From NCBI GenBank assembly GCA_024626585.2, contig JANKJI020000001.1, forward strand, positions 18,388,769-18,409,071: a stretch of 20,303 nt of DNA, in the 5' to 3' direction. The stretch is from Ginkgo biloba (Eukaryota > Plantae > Ginkgophyta). Both the position numbers and the translations under genes were made by a program. This document shows positions 10,111-20,303 of the stretch, in pieces (position 1 is the stretch's first letter; each line of letters opens with the position of its first letter). The notes under the pieces were generated by a model. It searched no databases. It was not told where the DNA came from and was given only the letters and a program-made list of their open reading frames with translations.

Positions 10111-11120
10111 ATTAAAGACCATTTTATTTTGGACAACATTTTGGCAGTCAACGAAGGGATGGCGTGGGCAAGAGAGTCAAAGTAAATTACGCTTTTCCTT
10201 AATATACATTTTAAAAAAGCTTATGATAGGATAGAACACGATTTTCCTTTTTATATGTTATGGAAGCTTGGTTTTGGGGCTTCTTTTTGCAAAATGGTAA
10301 GAATGTTGTTCTTAAATGCCTTAGACATACTAGTAATAAATGGAGACCCTTCAGATGAAATTATTTTACAAAGGTTGATCTGTCAAGGTTGTCCTCTAGC
10401 CCCGATGATTTATGCCTTGACAACAACTGCACTTGGATACTTATTTGGAGATGCTCAACTTTGGTTAGGATTAAGAGGTATTACTCTTACCAATTCTTGT
10501 AACCAATTTCTACATGGCCAATTTATAGATGACATGAATGCAATAGTTACAACAAATAAAGATAATTTGTAATATGCTTAATGGATCATATTCAAACCTT
10601 TTGTTTGGCTTTTGGTTCTTTCATTAGTCTTCACAAGTATCTTTGTTATTATCTAGGTGTTGATAAGATTCCTAATTAGGTGCTTAACTTTGGATGGAAA
10701 ATTTTGAAAGATAGAGATTCCCTTTGGATTCAATATCACAGCAAGGTAGACATGGGATCACACAATAAAACAAATTAGAAAGAAGCTTTCCCTTTAGAAT
10801 ATAAGGGATTTCTTTGTAGTTGATAAGGTGCAAGTTATAACCAAGATCCTATTTCGAGTGCATGTTTATTGTCTCTTCTCAAAAGAAGGGACATAGGATT
10901 CATATAGCTTGAACAAACTATCTCAATGGCATACTCATTAACTTATATTTAATCTCGTTCTTAAATTTTGTGTTAAAGGAGAGAAGGGACTTACCACCAT
11001 GTGGCTCTTATTTCTCTTCTTTTCTAGTGCCTTCCAATCGGGTAAACAAAACTATAACAACCCTTATTCAGAATTTTCTATGGAGTGGTTCCTTAGAGTG
11101 TAGGTCATTTCCTAAGGAAA
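10111..11120 (+). mobile_element. Degenerate L1-clade LINE, reverse transcriptase core of ORF2
   Basis: From 10111: IKDHFILDNILAVNEGMAWARESK*ITLFLNIHFKKAYDRIEHDF...LGFG, then ICQGCPLAPMIY (RQGCPLSP motif), QFIDD (FADD/YADD), IPFG, KQIRKKLS, HVY/FSS and IQNFLWSG. Multiple stops and frameshifts. Confidence 0.9.
10880..11007. mobile_element. About 128-bp insertion nested in the LINE, flanked by a near-perfect 13-14 bp direct repeat (SINE-like or short retroposed fragment)
   Basis: Flanks are TTATTGTCTCTTCT (10866-10879) and TTATTTCTCTTCT (11008-11020). Removing the insert and the first flank restores the LINE frame H-V-Y-F-S-S-F-L-V-P-S. Confidence 0.6.
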
Positions 11121-14100
11121 AAAATACGCAATCTATCATATCAAAAATCCTCATATCATATTGCATGGAAAAATATAAGGCCCTTGATATAATATGATGT
11201 ATTATACCCTTTTTATAATATAAAAAGTCTCAAATGGAAAAAATAAAACAAGGAAGAATCTAACCTAGGCATAAACTATCTAGGGGGACAAGTAGCCATC
11301 AATTTTACATAATTTTTTCGGCAAATATTTAGCAATTTATTTTCCAATGGTTCTTTTCTTCAATATTACAAAATATTTAATATTATGTTATTCCAATGCC
11401 TATGTATGGATCCTAGGTCTCTCTCATGTGAATTTCAACAACTTGCCGACTCACTTACACAAGGAATTATTAACCTATGACAATTACACAACTTTTTGTT
11501 TAAAAAAATATTGAAATTTCAACATAAAACATCAACGTTTATTTATGTTTCAATGTTACATTTATAATCATTGAATTTCAATAGCCTCATTTTTCAATTA
11601 GTGACCATCTCTTGGCCAAATAGTTTACTCCATCTAACATAGCCCGCTTGTTACTTTAATATGGATAGTGACCCCTCCCTACAGAATTTAATAAGTCCAG
11701 GTCCCTTTTTGGTGTGACGAAACTATAATGTTGGAAATAGACTCATGCGGAATAAAAACATATTTCTGTATTTTGTTTTTTTGTAATATTTGTGAAATCG
11801 TACCCATAGAAATACGTTCTGAGGCCCTGGCTGTCTGGTTTCAGAACAATCTCCCGAGCTCATGTTTATAACGATGAAACAAATTGATAACAAGGATCTG
11901 ACGGAGGCAAAGGCACACCCAGGTGTCCACTCTGATGTTATTTTTTATAGTTTGGGTTATTATTTTTGCTCAAAAGATTGATTTTGCCAAATCACAAACT
12001 TTCTCTTTTATCAAATTTGTGAGTGGGTTTTGCTTCAATTTCCATAGCTGTAAGAGGTGTTATTGTTAATCTCTTCATAAATGCCCAGCTGCAAAACACA
12101 GATCGACAAAATACACTTTCTGTTATTTAGAGAAAAAAGAAGGATTTAAGATCACCAAGTCAAGCTATAAGATTATTCCCAGTGTTGCAGTTTTGCAATA
12201 TTTCCTCTTTTATCTCCTGTGTATTATTCTAATATTCGCCTGGGTGTCTAAGCATACTCCCATGACTGTACATCAGGTCATTGAGTTTTGCTAGCATTTA
12301 ACGAATCTATAAAATGAACCATGAAAACCCTGGTTTGGTAGGTGATTCAGGTCCCAACTACTCGAAACCTAATATAGTCTCCCATGGTCATTAAGGTCTA
12401 TATTGTTTGTACATTTGATGATGCCACGAGGATTTTTGTAGCGGCCACTCATTGACAAATCTTACCTGCTAATTATTAAACCAAACCCACTCGTCCTTTC
12501 AACAAGTATATTTCAGTAGTTTGTTTGTTTATGCTAGGTTTAGGTCACAAGGTCAAAATTTGTTGGGTGTCTAGGGTGAAATCGTGCTGAGACTCATTGG
12601 CTGTAGTCTACATCCGGCTTTGTGCCATGCCGGGCTTGGACTCAGACAGAAATAGATGCCTTACACGCCTTAACCCTGCCATTGAACTGCCTTGTGTCAT
12701 GACTTTTACCGTTGGAGCAAGGTCAAGTCAGTCCGGAGACTGTAAAAACTCAACAATGCTTATAGGCGAGTCTTTCACGCTACTGCATAATCTTCGGGTG
12801 GTTATTGCCTTGATCGGTCATGTGTTTTTCTTTCAGATTGTGGCTTCAGGCTACTATTGCCTCCCGTGGGTTTCAAATCATACTATTTTCTCTAAAGTTC
12901 AAAGGCTCTGGCCACTCTAGCTGGTTGTAAAAAACAATACTCTTAGGTTGCTTTAGCATTCACTAATCTCCAGGGATATAACAACGCCACTTGATTTTGA
13001 TTTTGAAATAAAGTTTTTTTTTAAGGCCAAATGTCTTGTTTGCACAAATGGAAGCGTCGTACTCATAAACCCTAATTTGGGCTTTGCTATGCTAAAAAAT
13101 GCCACACGGCCCTCCCAGAATATTTGCATCACTCTATGGGATCTCCTACAGCCTCTGGTGATGACCTTTGTCTGGATAAAATCCTCAAAATGAGACACTT
13201 CCTTTTGCCGATTGCGTTTGAGTTCTTAGGTATGGAAATTAATTCCAGAAAGATGTCACTTTTTGGGTGCAAAATTTTCCAGTGATACGCAAAAACTTTG
13301 TAATATGGTGTAGCCCTCCACCATGCAGCTAAAAGTCAGTCTAGAATGCAGAAAATAGTAGTAGAAATCAAGGCACCCTAGGAAGATACTTATAATGATG
13401 CTTATAGAGTTGCTCAAGCCCTTAGAAAACTCTGTAAAAGTAAAAAAACTGAGCACAACCTCCCATAGAAGAGTTGGACCTGTCNNNNNNNNNNNNNNNN
13501 NNNNNNNNNNNNNNNNNNNNNNNNNNNNNNNNNNNNNNNNNNNNNNNNNNNNNNNNNNNNNNNNNNNNNNNNNNNNNNNNNNNNCTTTGTAATGTATTTA
13601 ATCTTATGGTTCTTACGGTTAATTAGTATGTTAGTAGTCATTAGCATTAATCAAGAATTAATTAATATTAATGATAAGTCAGAGTGAAAGGGTGCCTATT
13701 CATGGTAACCCTAGGAAGATTGGTCTATATAAATCAACAATCATTGTAATGACATCATTTAATCACATTCAGTATTATTTAATCAATGCATATTTGATTC
13801 ATCAAGTATATTCCATTCGAGCATTCTTCTTTGGAGCTGCCTTTCCAGGTTGCTTTAAGTGGTTTCATAGTAATTTGTTCCTCACTTTCCAAATAAATAT
13901 ATATAATAAAAAAATATATTCAAGAGTAATAAATAAATAAAACCATGTTCATATCCTACATCCACCTTCATGCCATCTTATCTCCATTTATGTCCATTGT
14001 CTTCCATGTGTGTTCACTTTAATCATCTCACTGTTGCACACAGCATTATGTGTTCTATCTTTTTTGTTTTCCTATGTTTTGCCTCCAATCATTCTTTACT

Positions 14101-15370
14101 AGTCGGTTCATCCTAATTGATTGTCCAACAACCACATTCACTTTCAGCCTCTTTGTTTATCTTCTCCAATGCTACACTAGGAACTCTATTAATTAATCAT
14201 CGTTCCCATATCGTCCGTTGAAAGAAGGATGACTAATTGTCCTTTCAATTATTTGATTAAGGAGGAGTTTGAATGATCTTTATAGGCGATGATGTGGATG
14301 CAAGGGCCTTCTTTTATGCTTGGCATTGTGTGGTTGCCAAAACTTTGGATTACTCAATTGATATAGAATCAATCAAGCTTATGAATTTTGTCCTTTTTCA
14401 TTTGGAATTCTTGCCAAAAGGATGATGGAATATGGGACGTGAAGATGAAGGTTCTGACACCTTTAATCCATCTATGTATTATTTAAAATGACCCATTTTT
14501 CTTGAAGATAAAGTGGGCAATTCCTCTGCTTCTTCAAAGCATAAGGATGATTCACATGAGTCATCTTTTTCATTATGTTATTTTTGTTTATTTTTCCATT
14601 CTTATCATTATGCTTGAGAAAGGATCTTGGTAGATTTTCTTTTCTTTGTTTAATTTTGAGCTTTCCTTATCATTGTTATAGGATTGACTTTGAAGGTGCA
14701 TTAAAGTGTATCAATTATTCTCGTCACACCCATAACAAGTATGGTAGTCACACCAAAGCTCAAGATTTATATGGAAAATTTGAATTTTTAGGCTAAAGAG
14801 AAGATGACTTTGGCTTTAGGAGAGACTTAGGATTTTGTTCTATAAAGTGAATGTTTTTTTATCTTTGACATTCTCTTTAGCTTGCTCTTGTTTAAGGATA
14901 ATGTTTGTTCATTTTGATAATGGTCCTTTTAAGCTATCTCACTCTTGATGTGGTTAGGTCAAATACTTTATCTTAAGAGGTAGTGTGGTTTTTAGTGTGT
15001 GACATCCCCTCACTAATGGCATTTCAATTTCTTGAAGAAGACGAGCTACTTTCATGTTTCAAAGATTTACACCCAATTAGATTTCACATGCTTTAGTAGT
15101 CAAGAATTTGCCGACTGCATCCTCAAACTAGAAGTGGGTCCCATCTTAAGGACCTCTAAATGGACTTGGGGTCATAGTGCATCCATAAATAGGTCANNNN
15201 NNNNNNNNNNNNNNNNNNNNNNNNNNNNNNNNNNNNNNNNNNNNNNNNNNNNNNNNNNNNNNNNNNNNNNNNNNNNNNNNNNNNNNNNNNNNNNNNNNNN
15301 NNNNNNNNNNNNNNNNNNNNNNNNNNNNNNNNNNNNNNNNNNNNNNNNNNNNNNNNNNNNNNNNNNNNNN

Positions 15371-15612
15371 TGGAAAATAGTTATGACATTTTTTAGGAGC
15401 CTATAAAACCATTTAATTCCTTCCCTAGTGAGCGAGTGCAAGAACATATTTAAAACCCAGTCATTGTAAGGCACATATTCGACCCAAGCCAATGCATAGG
15501 CATCCATGTGGGTGGCAAGATCAAATCCTGGTGATCCATTGAATTTGAGGAGCTTAGGGATTAGGTGTGAAAGATTGGCAAGTGTAGCATTAATTAACAT
15601 TGTGTTCTTCAT
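15371..15612 (-). pseudogene. gag: Retrotransposon gag (capsid-like) fragment
   Basis: Pattern P.L.KF.G...D...H...Y.....D....F..SL..E...WF..L...I..F is typical of plant Ty3/gypsy Retrotrans_gag. Interrupted by the 174-N gap. Confidence 0.8.
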
Positions 15613-17600
15613 ATAATTTGTGTAGGACTTTGTAAAGCTAGTTATTGGTTGTACAACTTGGCCTTTTCCTTGGTTTTCAACATCTCTTTATGGGACATTG
15701 GTTTGTTAGAAACCATTGAAGGTGCTTTAATAAGGTTATGAGTAAAAGTTGGTTGTTGCATGTATAGAGTTTGTCCTTGTTGTGCACCTATATAGATAGG
15801 AACCTATGGTGTCCGAAATACATAAGGAACTTATTATGACGTGGGTTCTTATTAAAATTGTAGTTGGTTGCAATGGGAAACCCATATTTTGTTATGGAAT
15901 TGGTGATTGGTATGTATGTGTGAATCCAATTGAGTAGGTAGGGTATTTAGGTGTTTGTTGTGAATGTATTTGGTATGTGTTCTATGGCAGTTGTTCGTAA
16001 CCACGTAGATGTAGAGGTTATTATGATATGTAAGGTTGGTTGGTTGATCATTGTGTCATTTGAGGAGGTGGAACTCCAGAAAGTTGACTACGTATTACTT
16101 GGGCATTCTCAATAAAGGTTGTGAATGGAGTTTGTTGTGGAAACTAACTTGTATTCATAGGATTTGTGTTGACTCCTAAAATAAGAGGTTGTTTGGGAGT
16201 ATGACATCATGACACCTATTTATTAAAACTAGCTTGTGTGGGATCCAATGTATAGGCCCATGTATCGAATGGGGTGACCAATACTGGATCATCAACCTAT
16301 AATCCTTGTGTAGGTGTTAAGGATTAGACTGAGTGTCAATCATACATTTTTAAAAGGATTGTATAGATTACTTTATTGCATGGATTAGTGGGAACAAATT
16401 TGTTGCTTGAGGAATAATATTAATCCTAGAAGGAGTTGTAATGTTAGTTTCTAATGTGGTGTCATGTGTTTGTTGGGGATTTAAAGCCATAGATTTAAGA
16501 ACTTGTCCATCAAGGAAATTTTCAATGTAAGACATTTTAAATTCATACCCTTGTCCTCGTGCCATAGAGGGGGTTGGTGAATTTTGAAACAAGCATTGTG
16601 AAGATGATAAATTCTCCATTGATGTAGAGCCCAAACTAACCAAGTGTGGGGTTATAGGTTGTGAGTGCCTAACCATTCTTTGTATTGTAACCCCATCATA
16701 CTATGGAGGTGTCCCTTGTAATAATCTTGATCGGATTCCCTCCAAGAGGTGGGAAGATGATGGATCACTGAATGGGTCTATTGGTGTTGTGTGCTCTTTC
16801 AAGGACTTTCTTAGAGTTTTAGAAAAATGTAAATCCTAATTAAAGAAAAATATGCTTATCCTAAACCCAAAAATCTAAAAGAAGTGTGACATAAGTTTTT
16901 GCTTGTTTCAAGATTTGGGCTCTTGCCAAAGCTAAGCAAGGAATCTATGGCAATTGATTCCTTACCTAAATTCAACAAGATATAGGTAAGGCTCCTAATA
17001 GTATAACCATGGTTTGCTAGTGTAAAATATCTAAGAGTATTCACTAGGGGTCTTCCTTGGTATAAGTTGTGTTTAGACCTCACCAAATGATCCTCCTCTA
17101 AATCCCCATGATGAAATCGGGGTAAATCTAGGGATCTAGAGGGAGGTCAACTATATTACAACCAAAGGCATTAGATCCCTTATGGAACCTCTAAGAGGAA
17201 GTCTCTAGTGTGTCATCACTAGATCCTTAACCTCAAAGAGCATGCATTAAGCCACTATGAACTTGCAAACAATAATAATATAATTCAACTACCCTAACCC
17301 TATCGTGAAATGACTCGTATGAATCACCCAAAAGAACCAAATCTATATAAGACCATCCAAGATTTATGAGGGAATATATTGGGAGTATGGAAATATCGAG
17401 CAACATTTCTTTTCTAAACTCGTGACCAATTCCAATGGCTATGAGAAACTGTTAAGAGGGTCTTACTAGATAAGCATAGGGGATCTTATAACAATAAGAT
17501 ACTATTAAATAGATTAGGTATGGTCTTGACAATAATCACATAGGACATATCCAAGGGAACCAAGAAAAGGAATGACAATCCTTACTACAAAACAAATTTG

Positions 17601-17620
17601 CCTCCCTCGTATGGTCACCA
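17601..17620 (-). other. Putative primer-binding site (tRNA-Arg-like)
   Basis: Minus strand ...CA-AATTTT-TGGTGACCATACGAGGGAGG, with the CA at 17627-17628. It resembles the TGGCGAC...GGGA PBS of Tat/Ogre elements and lies upstream of gag on the same strand. Confidence 0.55.
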
Positions 17621-18174
17621 AAAATTTGATTATGGCTTAAGCCACTCTCTTCAACATAGATCAAATATTAAGATCGTGCCCTTTCCATGTGGAGATGCTA
17701 GACCAAAGTCATGAGTCACCTTGAAGGGGATTTTGTTTGTAGCGTGTTTTCTTTCAACAATAAACAAAATAAAACTACACTATGAAAAGTATATGAATAT
17801 GAATTGAAATGATTATCTTTTCATTCCTTTTTGCTTTCCCAAAAAATGAAATAAACAAAGAAGCCACTTCATGCTATAATTTTCAGATTTTAATCCTTTT
17901 CTTATGATGTTTGTTTGATTAAAAAGGAGCTTCCAAAGATAGGCTTTCTAATGGAGAGGGACTATGAAAATACCCATTGACAAGAGGACAAAGAGTGATG
18001 ATTAACTTGGTCCCTTATTTGGTACATTTTAATCATGTTGAAGTGTAATCAAATCAAAAAATTAATTTATAAGANNNNNNNNNNNNNNNNNNNNNNNNNN
18101 NNNNNNNNNNNNNNNNNNNNNNNNNNNNNNNNNNNNNNNNNNNNNNNNNNNNNNNNNNNNNNNNNNNNNNNNNN

Positions 18175-19890
18175 AAAAAATTGCTTGGCAGGGCTTCAAA
18201 GGGGATTTACAACCCCAACAAGTTTTGAAAGAGCTCATCCCACGGACCCTGGTTCATTTGGTCCAATTTTAGATTCAAGCACGACATAAATCTTAAAAGA
18301 CTTGACAGAGTCATGCTCTCAGATGACAATTTATTTAGGGTTCAGGGCGACTTTAGTAGGCTGGTTAAAGTTCTCATCCATGCCTCCCTTTTGAATCATA
18401 GCCTAATCTCCTTTCAGATCGCTTGGGGGNNNNNNNNNNCAAGGTGCCAGGAAAGAGCATCTCTCTCAAAATGAACATCTCCCATTTGTAGCTCCCTAGC
18501 TGCCTCGTATGTATTAAGCTCATTTTCCACTTGCAACCCAAGTTGTCGAGGGATAGTGGCTGGATCAATTGGTGGAACCAGTCTATTGCTAGAGTCACTT
18601 CTTATCTTAGAGGGTATGGCAAGTAAGTTGCCTCCATTCGAAGAAGGGTCAAGAAGGAAGTTAATAAGGAGCTGGCTTGGGCCAAGCTAAAACTAGAAAA
18701 GTGCCCCTTTAGCAAATCCCTACAAGCTACGCCAACCAAGCTCACACACATTGCCAGAATAAATGAAGCTAGTAAGGCCAAAGGAGCCCAACTTCGAGAT
18801 AGGCTACATTGGCTTAAGATTGTAGACAGGTCCTCCAAGCAATTTTTCCAACTGCTTAAGAAAAACAAAGCGCGGAGCAAATCCAAGCTATCAAACAAGG
18901 TTGAACCAGAACCTCGTCAACCCAAGGCATTCCTAGGCTTTCTAATGGTAAGCCCTCATGGGCCGGATTGGACTTGCAAACATTAGTCCTCTCTCCAACT
19001 TCTGTCAAGGTCAAAGGATCACTAGTCTTCAAAAGTATTTGGTTCGCTTGGGAAAAATGTAATCGCCTTTTGGTTTGGAAGGGAGAAAATCCCAGGAAAG
19101 GCCTATCAGTTGCGCTGCAGTCTCTTTGGTGGTCTCTGTTGATCCACTTTGAATCCAAGTACCTAGGGGATTCCCCTTGCTTCAATGCTTTAAGGCTATA
19201 CAAAAAGGGTATCAAGACCCTCTCGGACCTCTACCTACATGGAGAAGGAAGGTGGAAAGACTTGCCCCATGTAAAAGAGGAATATAACCTTCAAGGGTAG
19301 GACAAAGTTGTTTTAGAAAGGATTGCCTCATTGATCTCGGAACACCTTGTTTTCATAATTCTTTCCAATTCCCCAACCGAGTAGTGGAAAGATTGAGCCT
19401 AGACTAAGGAAAAATAGATGCTCAAGGTGTCGGCCTTGCATGTTTACAAGCTTCTCACTCCTCAAGTTCGACCAATAGGCTCAATAGTAAATGGGGCATC
19501 CAAAGCTCTAATTTCATTTAGATTAGAAGATTCAAAAGGCTATAGGGGACTCCCTTAGATCTCAAAAAATCTTGCCTAACACGGTCCATTTAGTACCATG
19601 TCCTGGCCACTAAGGCAAGACTCACTAAAGTGGGCTTAGGATTGATCAAGTGCCCTTTCTACAGAAATCCCAAACCATATCCCACTTGTTCTGGTGGTGT
19701 ATTCATGCATAATCTCTTTGTAAGTGGGTCCAACATTTTGCTCATCCTGTCTCTACTTATCCTTTTCGATGGGCCTCTATTTTGTTAAGGTACCAGGGCC
19801 CATGGTCTTCCACATTTTATAAGGGATGGCATATTCTCAGGGTGGAGGTTCTGGCCTAGATATGAAAATCAAGAAATAAATTAGTTTTCA
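18175..19890 (+). mobile_element. Degenerate L1-clade LINE ORF2: endonuclease C-terminus, linker, post-RT region and CCHC zinc finger, RT core missing
   Basis: KRLDRV at 18295-18312 and LNHSLI (SDHxP position) of the AP endonuclease, LKMNISHL, linker GAQLRDRLHWLKIVDRSSKQFF at about 18783-18848, GSLVFKSIWFAW from 19016, LATKARL...CPFY...HLFWWC at about 19600-19700, WHILRVEVLA*I*KSRNKLVF at 19827-19888. Confidence 0.88.
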
Positions 19891-20303
19891 AAGTTATTGA
19901 AATGTGTCCCTATAATTTAACAACTAATTAATCTCTTTCTTACATCCTTGCTAATTGTTCCTTGTAGATCAAATTGCTAGCTAACAAGGTTAATCTTAAG
20001 TTATCTCACCCGATGGAGCTGATAAACCACTATGGATATGCCCCTTATAGGACAAGTTAGGAACCTCATAAGGATAATAGAGGCAGAAGAAGATCTAGAA
20101 GCGAAAGAAAAAACTAGATATGCTTAGCGAGGATGTGGCAAGAGAAGATTGACTACCCTCAAATATCCACTAGATGAGAAGTATAATGGTTGGGAAAATG
20201 ACCCCACCTTGGAGTTAGTTATTTCTCCTAGGAAATAAGAGGGCCCTTCTAGTTGGGTTGTCCCCCACTTTAGAGAGGATGTATATAAAAAGATGGTTGG
20301 AAC

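Larger units (their letters stand above)
13950..18074 (-). mobile_element. Degenerate Ty3/gypsy LTR retrotransposon (Tat/Ogre-like): partial 5' LTR, PBS, long leader and gag
   Basis: Gag-like peptide IPKLLKFNGSPGFDLATHMDAY...NDWVLNMFLHSLTREGIKWFYRL at 15371-15612. Decayed CxYHx3GHx4C-type motif WCDYHTCYGCDENN*YTL at 14755-14702. P/Q/T-rich decayed coding DNA at about 15620-16750. PBS-like site at 17601-17620. The left boundary is approximate. Confidence 0.75.

Noticed and set aside
3811-18289. ORFs containing long X runs
   Set aside because: Artefacts of translating through N-gaps. Only the non-gap part of 15172..15612 (gag) is meaningful.
18374-19215. Minus-strand ORFs 18374..18598, 18602..18898 and 18856..19215
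   Set aside because: Antisense to the decayed LINE ORF2 on the plus strand.

Overview
Eukaryotic (land-plant) nuclear draft scaffold with ten N-gaps. The only host-gene sequence lies in the first 3.4 kb: two tandem, minus-strand, intronless paralogs of a SPARK-domain receptor-like kinase (At1g11050/RKF3-like), damaged in complementary ways. Copy 1 (about 701-1792) keeps the signal peptide, TM helix and RD kinase, but has lost most of the ectodomain and carries stops and frameshifts. Copy 2 (2426-3236) keeps a nearly full Cys-rich SPARK ectodomain but is cut inside the TM helix at a TTA site by foreign, transposon-like DNA. The rest is decayed transposable-element DNA: two L1-clade LINE fragments (one RT-only, one endonuclease plus zinc finger with the RT deleted), a Tat/Ogre-like Ty3/gypsy gag remnant with a PBS, further LTR-like pieces and a short TSD-flanked insert. 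I see no intact gene, RNA gene or CRISPR array, and no well-supported new biological system. The best lead is the split SPARK-RLK pair.
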